NCBI GenBank assembly: GCA_033763455.1
Contig: JANRKO010000031.1
Coordinates: 11,564 to 75,563 of the forward strand
Source of the DNA: Polyangiaceae bacterium
GTDB taxonomy: Bacteria > Myxococcota_A > Polyangia > Polyangiales > Polyangiaceae
DNA: 64,000 bases
Reading direction: 5' to 3'
The position numbers and the translations under genes are program-made. The notes under the pieces were generated by a model. The model was not told the DNA's origin. It saw nothing but the letters and a program-made list of their open reading frames with translations, and did no database searches. Shown here piece by piece: positions 1-10,103 of the stretch (positions are counted from its first letter, which is position 1; each line of letters starts with the position of its first letter).

Positions 1-937
1 TTTCGATGATGGCCGACGCAAACAAACCTTTGCCCAAGGGAGACGCCAAGAGGGTGCACACGCTCACGCCACCCGCCGATTCGCCGAAGATGGTGACACG
101 CGCCGGATCCCCTCCGAAAGCTTCAATATTGCGCTTCACCCACTTTAGCGCGGCAAGCTGGTCCAAAGTGCCATAGTTGGCCGAGCCCTGTGCACCCGGC
201 TCCGCACTCAATGCCGTATGCCCCAAAAACCCAAGAGACCCAAGGCGATAATTAATCGTGACGATGACCACGCCCGTGCGTTCCACGAAGGACTGCCCGT
301 CGTAGATGTAGCCCGTCCCCGAAGGCTGTGCTGCGCCACCCTGAATGTGACCACCGCCATGGATCCAAAACAGCACCGGTAGCTTTTGGGCGGTGGGCGC
401 CTTGGGCGCCCACACGTTCAACTGTAAACAATCCTCCTCACCAACCAGTGAACCATTGGCATCCAACTGGGGGCAGAGTGGACCGAAGCTCGCCCCGTCA
501 CGCACACCCTCCCAACAAGCGGCGGGCTCAGGCGCCTTCCAACGTAGGCTCCCAAGCGGAGGAGCTGCGAATGGAATTTTCTTGTACGACCAAGCCTCGC
601 CCGCCGAGACACCCCGCACGACGCCCTGCTCAGTTGCCACCATTCCTGGCTCAATCGGGATGCCTGACCCACATTGAGTCGCCACTGAGGAGCCTCCACC
701 AGTTCCAGAAGGGCTTCCACCTAACGCAGCACTCGCTCCGGTTCCGGAGTTCACACCCAAGCCAGCACTTGCTCCGGACCCCGAACTTGGCCCGAGCCCA
801 CCCGTGCCGGCCGACGCGTCGCCATCTCCCAAGATCCCGCTGTCAGCGTGCGTTGAGCACCCCAAGGCGCACAGCAAAGTGCATCCAGCGAGGAGAGTTT
901 TGTAGCGGCCAAGAACCTGGCAAGCGTAAAGGTACAT
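1..937 (-). CDS. Type-B carboxylesterase/lipase, probable lipoprotein (3' end runs off the window)
   Basis: Manual minus-strand translation (not in the ORF track): MYLY...LLCALGC lipobox, G/S linker, IPFAAPPLGSLRWKAP, EEDCLQLNVWAP, WIHGGG, INYRLG, NYGTLDQLAALKWVKRNIEAFGGDPARVTIFGESAGG. Confidence 0.92.
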   Translation of the reverse strand, partial: MYLYACQVLGRYKTLLAGCTLLCALGCSTHADSGILGDGDASAGTGGLGPSSGSGASAGLGVNSGTGASAALGGSPSGTGGGSSVATQCGSGIPIEPGMVATEQGVVRGVSAGEAWSYKKIPFAAPPLGSLRWKAPEPAACWEGVRDGASFGPLCPQLDANGSLVGEEDCLQLNVWAPKAPTAQKLPVLFWIHGGGHIQGGAAQPSGTGYIYDGQSFVERTGVVIVTINYRLGSLGFLGHTALSAEPGAQGSANYGTLDQLAALKWVKRNIEAFGGDPARVTIFGESAGGVSVCTLLASPLGKGLFASAIIE

Positions 938-1067
938 GCCCCGAACCTAAGCACGGGCCGTGCCAAACTGCCGGTCTAGAGTTTCCGACGCTCTAGATGA
1001 CGTAGATTCGCCGCAAAGAAAAACAGTCAGGGACCTTTGCACGGAGTCGTCTGTATAGTGCACCCAC

Positions 1068-3119
1068 GTGGCTATTCCTGGTGTTCTCGGTGCTCAAACC
1101 GATAGTGACTTCACGGGCGACATCAGTGCGTTCACGGCAAGGTTCGCTCGGGCATCCGTAAGCCCAAGAGCACTCCGAGAGCTGTATCGGTGGCTCAACA
1201 CTCTGCCCAAAGATCCAACTGGCGCAGAGGCCAGCACCCAAACGCTCGGCGTTGGTATCCGGTGGCTCTTGCGAGGTTGGCCCACACGCGATCCGAAACG
1301 TGCGGCACCTCGGCTTGCGGTACTTTTGGAGGCGCTCGAGGCATCTTCCCAATGGCAAAGCGCAGCGCAGCAGCTCTTTGCCTCTATCCTAGATAGTGTG
1401 GATGCGGTCCCTTTGTTTGAAAGTGGCCTGCCTAACGATCGAGGGATTTGGGAGGAAAGCAAGGATCGCCTCGCTCGACGCTTCCTGCCTTCGCTGCGCG
1501 ATGAGAGCGATCTAGGAGCGCTTGTTCTTGGCTGGTTTTCTGATCGGCGGGCAGTGGCCTGGCTTGGGGCAATCACGCCTGAAGATGCCTCACGCGTAGC
1601 AGCGTTGCTGCCTGCAACTGGCACTGAGCGGCTCCGCCAAGGTTTGCTCGACAGCATTGCCCTCATAGCAGCACGCACTTCGGCATTAGGCCTCTCACGC
1701 GAAATGCGCGCTCGCTCGCCGAGGACGGGCCTCGGAGATTCGCCTTTCTTCAAGCTACCAAGAGTGTGTGACGCTTTGCTCGATGGGCAAGGCACCATCG
1801 ACGCGTGTTCGGCTCAGATCACGGCGTCTCGCATCGCACTCGGCTCGGTTCTCACACACCTTGAGCGTTACGGCGTAAGCGTGGACGTAGTCTACCGCAT
1901 CGAGGTTATCGATAAGAGCCTGACGCGGCTCGCGCAACTTCTGTTGATCCTCGACAAAATTGGAGAAGCCCGCGCCGATGCCGTCACGAGCCTGTTGCAC
2001 GAAGTCGCTCTGGCCCGAGTGCAAGATAGGAGCCTCCGTGATCTTGCGGGCACCAACATTCAATTGCTCGCGCGCAAGGTGATCGAGCGGGCGGGGCACA
2101 CGGGTGAACACTATATCACCGTAACGCGTGGCGAATATTGGAAGATGCTGAGCTCGGCGGCTGGCGGCGGCTTTCTCACGGCATTCACGTGCGCCATGAA
2201 ATACACCATCGTTTGGGGGCATTTCCCGTTATTTGTGGAGGGATTCTTAGCGTCTACGAACTACGCGTGCAGCTTCCTGCTCATTCAACTGCTAGGGTTT
2301 ACGCTTGCCACCAAGCAGCCATCGGCTATCGCCGCTGCTCTCGCTCACGCGCTGCAGGGTTCGAGCCGCACCTCCGCCTTGGATGAACTCGTTACGCTTA
2401 TCACGCGCATTTGCCGTTCGCAGTTTATCGCTGTGGTAGGCAATGTCGGAATGGTGATCCCCGCAGCTTTCGCCTTCAACGTCGGGTACCAGCACCTCAC
2501 GGGCCAGCCCTTTTTGGATGAAGCCGCCGCTGAATATACACTGCATTCGACCAACCCCCTGGAAACCGGCACGGTATACTTCGCGGCCCTCACAGGCGTA
2601 TTCCTGTGGTTGTCGAGCCTGGGCGCCGGCTGGCTCGAAAATTGGTCTGCGTACCATCGGTTGCCCGATGCCATTGCTCAGCGATCTCCCCGCTGGTTCA
2701 TGCGCTGGCTCTCTCACAAATTTGCCCACCATGTCGCCGGCTTTGGTGGCAACCTCACCCTTGGGTTCATGTTGGGCATGATGCCAGTACTCGGAAAGTT
2801 CCTCGGCGTACCGCTTGAAGTTCGCCACATAACGCTCTCAACTGGTGCCCTCACTCTTGCTCTTTGCTCACTTGGAACAAGCGCGCTGCACCACGGGCTA
2901 ATTCAAGCCATATCCGGCATCGGCTTGATCCTTTGCCTCAACTTTGGCGTAAGTTTCACGCTCGCCCTGCTTGTCGCTCTGCGCGCACGCGGCGTGGAAC
3001 ACGCCGGACGGCGCCTCATCCCAGCCTTAGCAGCACGCTTTCTCCGCTCCCCTCTAGAATTCTTCTTCCCTCCAAGAGCAGTGGGGCACTCCATCGCCGC
3101 CGAGTCAACCCACCACTGA
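1068..3119 (+). CDS. Multi-TM protein of the 'site-specific recombinase' Gcr/SpecificRecomb family
   Basis: Family-typical GVSVDVVYRIE, GHTGEHYIT..EYWKMLSSAAGGG, FTLATKQP and PLEVRHITLSTG; hydrophobic C-terminal half. Confidence 0.8.
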   Translation: MAIPGVLGAQTDSDFTGDISAFTARFARASVSPRALRELYRWLNTLPKDPTGAEASTQTLGVGIRWLLRGWPTRDPKRAAPRLAVLLEALEASSQWQSAAQQLFASILDSVDAVPLFESGLPNDRGIWEESKDRLARRFLPSLRDESDLGALVLGWFSDRRAVAWLGAITPEDASRVAALLPATGTERLRQGLLDSIALIAARTSALGLSREMRARSPRTGLGDSPFFKLPRVCDALLDGQGTIDACSAQITASRIALGSVLTHLERYGVSVDVVYRIEVIDKSLTRLAQLLLILDKIGEARADAVTSLLHEVALARVQDRSLRDLAGTNIQLLARKVIERAGHTGEHYITVTRGEYWKMLSSAAGGGFLTAFTCAMKYTIVWGHFPLFVEGFLASTNYACSFLLIQLLGFTLATKQPSAIAAALAHALQGSSRTSALDELVTLITRICRSQFIAVVGNVGMVIPAAFAFNVGYQHLTGQPFLDEAAAEYTLHSTNPLETGTVYFAALTGVFLWLSSLGAGWLENWSAYHRLPDAIAQRSPRWFMRWLSHKFAHHVAGFGGNLTLGFMLGMMPVLGKFLGVPLEVRHITLSTGALTLALCSLGTSALHHGLIQAISGIGLILCLNFGVSFTLALLVALRARGVEHAGRRLIPALAARFLRSPLEFFFPPRAVGHSIAAESTHH

Positions 3120-3125
3120 CATCAC

Positions 3126-3334
3126 CAACATCACGCGATCACAACATCACGCGATCACAGCAACTTGCACCCCCCGCCCGACAACATCACGCGATCACAA
3201 CAACTTTCGGCCCCGCCCGACAACATCACGCGATCACAACAACTTTCGGCCCCGCCCGACAACATCACGCGATCACAACAACTTTCGGCCCCGCCCGACA
3301 ATATCACGCGATCACAACAACTTTCGGCCCCGCC
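3126..3334. repeat. Tandem repeat, 39-bp unit ACAACATCACGCGATCACAACAACTTTCGGCCCCGCCCG, about 5 copies
   Basis: Copies start at 3141 (degenerate), 3181, 3220, 3259 and 3298, with a partial copy at 3126; no unique spacers. Confidence 0.95.
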
Positions 3335-3368
3335 ACTCGCGCGGCAGGCTCATTCACGGCTGACATAG

Positions 3369-3390
3369 AGTACTTCGCATGCTAAGTACT
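3369..3390. promoter_or_regulatory. 22-bp near-perfect palindrome AGTACTTCGCATGCTAAGTACT (dispersed motif copy 1)
   Basis: One mismatched pair; related copies at 55298 and 63720. Confidence 0.55.
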
Positions 3391-3488
3391 TCTCAACTTG
3401 CAGGCACCCCCACGCCAACGTGCACCGCGCGCCTAACTTCGGCTTTCGTCACTCCTCGGCAGGAATGCCTCACTCGCGATCCTGCGAC

Positions 3489-4795
3489 TTACTCCAGCCC
3501 AACTTCGCGCCCACCGGCACACGCGTAAAAAACATTGGCGCCATTGCGCGGCAAATTTTGGCCAATAAATCTCAGTAACTGTTGCCTGTTCGACGGACAC
3601 TTCGAAACTAGATCAGGGTTGCCGAGCCCACTTGCAGGATCGACATAACAGTACCCCGACACGCCTACGGGTGCGTTCACGTCGGAGCGGCACCGTGGAT
3701 CGTTTGTTTCGTTAATTTCGCAGAGGCATAACCCCTCGCACGTCGGTGTGGTTGGCGTCCCACATTTTCCGGTATCGGCCAGCCTACGTTTCACAGCGTT
3801 TGCTAGGTTGAAGTTCTGAACACTCGTGCCCATGTCAAGCCGGTGGCGCCCTGATCCACACTCACAGTCTATTGGTGTGCTGGGCGTGCTGGATGTGCTG
3901 GAAGTTCCGATCTCTCTTCCCCGTTAAGCTTGATGCTTGACGCACCGAGCATCCAACCGAGGCCTTCGTCGGAAGCAGAGCAGTCGTTTTCGTCCGTGAG
4001 CATGACGATGGCCACCAACGAATCCGGCCGCAAAAATGCCTTACGCTGCCGTAGCAACTCTTCATCTAGCCCGACCTTCTTTACTTTCCCGCCCTCGATC
4101 TCCAAGGATTGATACGGTTGAGGATCAATCAGAAAGCGATACCAAGCTTCGAGCGGAGCCTCATAGCCGCAGCCATTTTCACCAACGCTTGCAAGACCTT
4201 TGCTAAAATCCGCAACCAGTTGGCTTAGGGATTTTTCTCCGGGCGGTTGATGCGTGCCTTTGGGATCCCAGGCCCAAAACCCATGGTTTTCGTAGCTCGG
4301 GACATTCTCGCGCACTGTCGGGATGAGATGACCATGGTCGTTCAACGACGGTTGATCACAGAGTGTGCCCTTAGGCCCCCCAAGGCTCGATGAAATCATC
4401 CCCACATGGATATCCTCGATCGGATCAAATTCCCGCTGAAACCCGGGACCACACGACGACGCGTTCGGCGCGAGTGGCTGGATGGTTTGCTTTCCATCCG
4501 TCGAAACACAGCTGGGGCTTACCAAACGCTCCAAGAACCCAGGAACCGCTAGCTCCAACATGCGCTGTTTGTCAGCCATCGATTTGGAGTTATCGACCAC
4601 AAACAACAGGTCTATCTTGTCGACGCTTCTGGCCGGAACATCCTCCACGAAGAGATTCGTGGTGTGTACCTTGGGTGTCCCGAGAGGCCGTTCTAAGCAG
4701 CCCGAGCTACCCATCATCACCCCTAAGACGCCTAAGGCCGCTGCATAACTAGCAAGAACCCTGTAGCTGCGTTTTTCATGGAATGAATGCTTCAT
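3489..4795 (-). pseudogene. Myxobacterial vWA-like Cys-rich lipoprotein, split by a frameshift and probable internal deletion near 3900
   Basis: N part has lipobox SSGC, DLLFVVDNSKSM (MIDAS-like), GENGCGYEAPLEAWYRFL and FLRPDSLVAIVMLTDENDCS. C part in another frame has DCEC..GR, GYCYVDP and LLRFIG. Confidence 0.65.
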
Positions 4796-4926
4796 GATCC
4801 AATACGGAGAGCATTTTCCATTCCGCGCCAACGCCACGGCAAACTGCGCATCCATTGAAGGTGGGCCAGGGTAGGCTCTGACAACGAAGTTGTCGAAGCT
4901 TCCCAACCCTCGCCAACGGTGTTGCC

Positions 4927-6420
4927 GTGAGCGAGCCCACCTTTGCCACCAACACTACACTCACCTCGATACCTCTACCTGCCCTTCGCCTCTCCTTCGG
5001 CTCCATGCTCTTGACACTCAGAAGCGTGCCGCCGATCCTGAAAAGCTTGGCAGACAACACTCACCACGCAGCATCTCCCGCACCCATCCGCGCTACCGTA
5101 GAGGTCTCCGCCGACGGCCTTTCCGCGTACGTGAACGTGGTCCCAGGGGAGCCGATGGCTGCGAGCGCTCTCCACCTTGCACTCAAAGGAGCTAGCGTCC
5201 TCTATGGCCTTCAAGCCGCCACCCTCGCCACCCTGGAGGCGGCGCTAGCAGATCCCCTTTTCGAGGTGAAAGCAGAGCTGATTGCCCGCGGCACACCCCC
5301 GAGCCCCGGCCGGGATGCCATCTTCACACCCTTTTTCCATCCCGGCATCCAAGCCGGTTCCATCTCTAGCGACGGCAGCTTTGACTATCACGACAGAGAC
5401 CTCTTGAAGCCTGTGGTTGCAGGAGAAGTCATCGCAACGGTGACGCCTGCCGTACCCGGCATTGCCGGGCGACGCGTGAACAACGAAACCATTCCCTGCC
5501 CCCCGGTGTTGGACTTTGCTCTGAGCTTGGGCCCCCATGTGAAGCTTGAGCCGGATGGCAGGATCTGCGCACGGAATGACGGCGTTGTGCTGTACAAAGC
5601 CGGGCAAAGCCTGGATGTAGTGCAGCACTACTTGCACGAAGGCGACGTCGATCTTCGTTCGGGTGATCTCGCGATGCAGGGAACGCTGGTAGTGAAAGGC
5701 TCCGTGCGCCAATCCTTTCAGGTGGTATGTAGTGGGGATGTCGAGATACAGGCGGGCATTGAGGGCGGCAGCGTGTTCGCGGGGGGCAGCGTGCGCGTAA
5801 AACAAGGCGTGTTAGGCAGCGATTTTGCTCGTGTTGAAGCCGGCGGGAGCTTCGTCAGCAAACACGCGGAAAATGCCCGAGTGTATTCTCTGGACCTTGT
5901 AAAGTTGGAGGAGGCCACAGCTTGTGAGTTGATGGCTCGCCGCATTGAAGTGACGCGCTGTTTGCGGGGCGGCACGGCGACAGCTGAGCACAGCCTCGTT
6001 ACGGGGCAACTCGGAAGCCCACATTCGGCAACAGACACTCTGGTGATTGTAGGAGAGCCTTTACCCTCCCCGGTAAGCGATGCGGCGCACAAGCTGGAAG
6101 CCGCCAAAGCAGCACGCTCTGCACACAGGCGCTCGCTCTCCCCACGTTCCCTCGGCACAGGCGCGCGTCAGAAGGGTGGTAAGCTCGGACGAGAACAGGC
6201 GGTGCTGGCTCGCGTGGATCTCGAACGCCGAGTGGAACGGCTAAGAAAGCGCGACCTGCTGCTGGAGACCGCATTCGTTCAGGTACAGGGCCGCATCTAT
6301 CCGGGTGCCCGCCTTCAAATGGGAGAAGATTCCCTGGTTATTGCCGAAGAGACGACCGCTACCAGGTTCACACTCGATCCAGAAACCCGCCGTATTCGTG
6401 GCGAAAGGGCCAGTTCATGA
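4927..6420 (+). CDS. FapA/DUF342 family protein (start may be 5005)
   Basis: VEVSADGLSAY, IARGTPPSPGRDA, DGSFDYHD..VVAGEVIA, GDVDLRSGDL..GTLVVKGSV beta-helix region, GRIYPG near the C-terminus. Confidence 0.85.
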   Translation: MSEPTFATNTTLTSIPLPALRLSFGSMLLTLRSVPPILKSLADNTHHAASPAPIRATVEVSADGLSAYVNVVPGEPMAASALHLALKGASVLYGLQAATLATLEAALADPLFEVKAELIARGTPPSPGRDAIFTPFFHPGIQAGSISSDGSFDYHDRDLLKPVVAGEVIATVTPAVPGIAGRRVNNETIPCPPVLDFALSLGPHVKLEPDGRICARNDGVVLYKAGQSLDVVQHYLHEGDVDLRSGDLAMQGTLVVKGSVRQSFQVVCSGDVEIQAGIEGGSVFAGGSVRVKQGVLGSDFARVEAGGSFVSKHAENARVYSLDLVKLEEATACELMARRIEVTRCLRGGTATAEHSLVTGQLGSPHSATDTLVIVGEPLPSPVSDAAHKLEAAKAARSAHRRSLSPRSLGTGARQKGGKLGREQAVLARVDLERRVERLRKRDLLLETAFVQVQGRIYPGARLQMGEDSLVIAEETTATRFTLDPETRRIRGERASS

Positions 6421-6815
6421 ATCTTCAAAAACAGACCGCCGAGACGCTGATGACGCGCCAGCTCCTCACGATTTCCGCCGATCAGACCCTGCGCGCGGCC
6501 GCAGCGCTGATGCACGCCCACCACGTCCACTGCCTCATAGTGCCACCCACTGAGGAAGCCTTGTGCGTGGGCATCCTCACCGCGAAAGACATCGTACAGA
6601 TCTTGTGCGACGGCGAACCCCACTTGCTGGAACAGCTCCGTGTGGCCGACGCTTTCACTTCCCCAGCCATCACTGTGCAAAAGGATTTTACGATTGTGGA
6701 TTGCTTGCGCCTGATGCGAATGAGCGGGGTGCGCAGCGTTCCCGTGTTAGACGGCGTGAAGCTTGTGGGGATTCTGAGCTTTTCGGACGTGTTGCGAGTG
6801 GTGGCGACGGGCTGA
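6417..6815 (+). CDS. CBS domain pair protein
   Basis: LMTRQLLTI, VGILTAKDI, VRSVPVLDGVKLVGILSFSDV; ATGA overlap with the upstream gene. Confidence 0.9.
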   Translation: MNLQKQTAETLMTRQLLTISADQTLRAAAALMHAHHVHCLIVPPTEEALCVGILTAKDIVQILCDGEPHLLEQLRVADAFTSPAITVQKDFTIVDCLRLMRMSGVRSVPVLDGVKLVGILSFSDVLRVVATG

Positions 6816-7005
6816 AGGCGCGAAGCTGTTCGGAATCAGCGCTGTCCCGTAGCCTCCCGACCAACCACTCCACTTAGGGTATGACATGCAGGGCGTCCCG
6901 ATTGCTCATGACCGCCCCTTCACTAGGGCTCAAAGCCCAATTGCGGCAGAAATCCGGCTGCTGGCGGGGGTAGGCGTGCAAACGTGTTTCGGCTAAGGTG
7001 CCCGC

Positions 7006-7551
7006 ATGCTTATGGGCAGCATTTCGTTACGTGGTTTGGCAGGGATGGTCGTTGTGGCGGTGGCAGGCACCGCGGTTACGCTGGGCTGCAGCAGTGGGGA
7101 CAGCGGGGACGCTGCTATGGACGCAGGGTTCCGCACCCAGCTGGCCCCTGAAAGCACCGTCGGTGCACAGTCAGCAGACGCTCGTGCACAGCTCTGCTCG
7201 GAAATTTCAGCGTACAGGAACTCTCGGATGACGGTTCGAGACTACGGCTGCATCGCTAACACCGCCGCGCTTCTCGGTGCTGGCTTCTCAGCCATGCAGT
7301 GCCAATCTACTTATGAGAAGTGCCAGCGAGACGTAGACAGTGGCGCCAGCCTTTTGAAAACAGCGGTAGATCCGAAACGCTGCAAGCTTGACGCCGGTTG
7401 CACCGTCACGATTCAGGAGCTGGAAGCCTGTGTCACCGCAGATACGGCCGGTAAAGCCCCACTCAATTGCAGCACTTTCAGCCAGTACAAAGTACCCGCC
7501 GCGTGTGAAACGGTGAACCAGAAGTGCCCGCTTCCCGCCACTGAGTTCTAA
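7006..7551 (+). CDS. Cys-rich hypothetical lipoprotein
   Basis: Signal peptide ending TLGC; multiple spaced cysteines. Confidence 0.7.
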   Translation: MLMGSISLRGLAGMVVVAVAGTAVTLGCSSGDSGDAAMDAGFRTQLAPESTVGAQSADARAQLCSEISAYRNSRMTVRDYGCIANTAALLGAGFSAMQCQSTYEKCQRDVDSGASLLKTAVDPKRCKLDAGCTVTIQELEACVTADTAGKAPLNCSTFSQYKVPAACETVNQKCPLPATEF

Positions 7552-7615
7552 AGGTCCTAGTTCGGGCCCCCCCGCCAACCCGTGAGTCCCCGACGGGGCC
7601 CACGGGCTCTGGGTA

Positions 7616-9115
7616 TCAGCGAATAATGAACTGACAACGCCCGTTGGCGCAGGGCACCGCGTTACAGCAGTCGGAGGCCGCCGCACATACTTGGCCATAT
7701 TCGGCGCACGCTGGCCCGGTAGGGGAGCCGCCGCTACCCGCACCGGTGCCGCCGGCTCCTGTGCCAGGGCCCCCACCTGCCCCACCTGCTCCACCTGACC
7801 CGGGGGGAGGAGGCGGGACCTCCTGCACCCCACAAATGCCACGCGACGCGCCAATCTCAAGCAGACAAATGGAGCCAGGGCAACAATCCGCATTCGCGGT
7901 GCAGCCACCACCTTTGGGCTGACAAGCATTCGGTGTCGTGAGCTTGGTGCAAACGAGATCGCCCCCGGAATTGGGCAAACACGCAAGGTTCAAGTCCTTG
8001 CAACAATCCAGACTTGTGGCGCACGCCTGGCCCTCCATACGGCATTCGCCAAGACCATTACAGCGGGGAATGCCGAGCGCATCCAGCTGGCAGAAATCCA
8101 GCTTCTTGTTGGTATCACCGCAGCAATTGGCGCGCGCCGTGGAATTGTCGCACTGGTAATCTTTGAAGTGGCAAATATTGCCCTGAGGGTTGCAGCCTGT
8201 TGGGTTCCGACAGCGTCCGAATTGGGAGCCAGCGTCCTTGTTGCACGTGACGTTGCCAGCGCCCGGAAGATCGGTGCCAGCGGCGCCACAACAGTCTTTA
8301 TCTTCTCGGCACAGCTCGCCATCAATGCGGCAACCCTGAGCAGGCTGGCAGATAGCTACACCTGTGGGGCCATACGGCGCGCACAGGCGGCTGCAGCATT
8401 CCCCACAGCCATTGCAGAGCTGCCCGTGAACCTTGCCGCAGTTGGTGGCACCAGCTGCCGGAGCGCCACAGGTTCCGAGCGAAGCACCGCCTGCAATAGT
8501 GCAGATGCCGGAGCAGCATTGATCATTCTTAGAACAGGCGTCGTTCTGTTGGACGCAGAAAGAAGCGCCTATCTGGCACAGGCCGCCGTTGCACAGGTTG
8601 GAGCAGCAATCGGAAGCTTTAGTGCAAGCGTTGCCGGAGGTCTTGCAAGAGGTGGAAAGCGGAGTGCATTTGTTGGCGTCACAGCTGCCGCCACAGCATT
8701 CGGCTCCTGTTTGGCAGGCGCCGCCATCTTGCACACACTGCGTGGCCGCACACGAGCCGCCCGTGCAGCTTAACGTGCAGCATTCGATGGAATTGGCACA
8801 GGGCGAGCCTGCGCCCTTACATTCAATCAGCGCGGGGGCGCACTGTTTGGTGGCGGGGTCGCACGAGTTAGAGCAGCAATCGGCGTTGCTGGTGCACTGG
8901 GCTCCGCTCACCTGGCAGTTGAGCATCGTTCCCGTGCCGGCGATGTTCCCTATGCCCCCTGTTTGACCCAACCCCAACCCACCCCCTGATCCGTTCGTGC
9001 CGATGCCCGCAGCGCCGGCCTGTGCTCCGCTCGTGCTCTCGTCAGCTCCGCCGCACCCGCCAGCAGTTCCTAGAACGAGCAGGCAGCCTGCAACCAAAAT
9101 GTGGGAAATTCTCAT
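7616..9115 (-). CDS. Lipoprotein with 11 C-C-CC-C-C cystine-knot-like repeats
   Basis: Lipobox AGGC, Gly-rich linker, repeats such as CKTSGNACTKASDCCSNLCNGGLC. Confidence 0.85.
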   Translation of the reverse strand: MRISHILVAGCLLVLGTAGGCGGADESTSGAQAGAAGIGTNGSGGGLGLGQTGGIGNIAGTGTMLNCQVSGAQCTSNADCCSNSCDPATKQCAPALIECKGAGSPCANSIECCTLSCTGGSCAATQCVQDGGACQTGAECCGGSCDANKCTPLSTSCKTSGNACTKASDCCSNLCNGGLCQIGASFCVQQNDACSKNDQCCSGICTIAGGASLGTCGAPAAGATNCGKVHGQLCNGCGECCSRLCAPYGPTGVAICQPAQGCRIDGELCREDKDCCGAAGTDLPGAGNVTCNKDAGSQFGRCRNPTGCNPQGNICHFKDYQCDNSTARANCCGDTNKKLDFCQLDALGIPRCNGLGECRMEGQACATSLDCCKDLNLACLPNSGGDLVCTKLTTPNACQPKGGGCTANADCCPGSICLLEIGASRGICGVQEVPPPPPGSGGAGGAGGGPGTGAGGTGAGSGGSPTGPACAEYGQVCAAASDCCNAVPCANGRCQFIIR

Positions 9116-9257
9116 ATATAGTGCTCTTTTTAGGTTCGGCCCGACCCCAGGGGCCCAATAGGTGCGAGGGGCGGCGCCCCGGCCCGGAGGGGAGTCGTGT
9201 TCGTTCTACCCGATGAGTGGAGGGGCCCACTGTCGATTATCAGCTAGGGTCGGAGGA

Positions 9258-10103
9258 ATGAAGTTTTTGGCGCAAAGAGGCCCGATAGCGAGCGCGCTTT
9301 GGGCTTTGCTCGCGGCCTGCGACGACACGCTTTTGGTGGGTCGCACGGGGGGCACGGCAGGGGCAACCTCGAACGCCATCTGTTTGCCCAGCCGGTGTGG
9401 GGGCGCCACGCTCGCTTGCGGCGACTGCCTCGACAACGACGCCGACGGCTTGGTGGACGCGGCCGATCCGGATTGTCTGAACGCGTGTCAGCCATCAGAA
9501 GCTAACTTTCTGGACGCCAAGATCATGGAGGCCAACCGATGCGCTCAGGATTGCTACTTCGATGGCGATCTCGGGCCCGGTAACGACGGCTGCCAGTGGC
9601 CCCTGGAATGCGATCCGCTGCGCGATGCTCAAAATGCTCGCGGCAAATGCTCCTACGATCCGAGCTTCATCGTGAAAGTGGGCGCTCGGGATCTCACCTG
9701 CGCGGAGCTCAGCGCCACGCAAGAACCAGGCTGCGTTTTAAGCTGTTTACCCCTAACGCCAAACGGTTGTGATTGTTTTGGCTGCTGCAAGCCTCCTGGG
9801 CTCGACCACGCCGTGTGGCTCGGTTCGCAGGACGACGCTGGAAACCCGACGTGCTCGGCGGCAACCCTCGGTGACCCCGCGCTCTGCCGTCCGTGTACGC
9901 AAGTGCCGAGTTGCCTGAACACGTGCGACGCGTGTGAAGTGTGCGTGGGGAGGGCCACGCCAACTGCGAACTGTGATCCACAAACGCGCTGCACAAATGG
10001 TCGTCCACCGTGTGGGCAACCGGGGGATGCCAGCTGCCCTAACGGGAATTACTGCGTAAGTGGCTGCTGTGTGGACACGAGCGCCTCAAGCTTGGGCAAG
10101 TGA
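9258..10103 (+). CDS. Cys-rich lipoprotein with DxDxDG Ca-binding-like motifs
   Basis: Lipobox LAAC; CLDNDADGLVDAADPDC; CYFDGDLGPGNDGC; TPNGCDCFGCC. Confidence 0.75.
   Translation: MKFLAQRGPIASALWALLAACDDTLLVGRTGGTAGATSNAICLPSRCGGATLACGDCLDNDADGLVDAADPDCLNACQPSEANFLDAKIMEANRCAQDCYFDGDLGPGNDGCQWPLECDPLRDAQNARGKCSYDPSFIVKVGARDLTCAELSATQEPGCVLSCLPLTPNGCDCFGCCKPPGLDHAVWLGSQDDAGNPTCSAATLGDPALCRPCTQVPSCLNTCDACEVCVGRATPTANCDPQTRCTNGRPPCGQPGDASCPNGNYCVSGCCVDTSASSLGK

Noticed and set aside
328..996. 222-aa plus-strand ORF
   Set aside because: Shadow of the minus-strand carboxylesterase, which has clear motifs
3126..3334. CRISPR array
   Set aside because: Units are contiguous and near-identical with no unique spacers; no cas genes in the window
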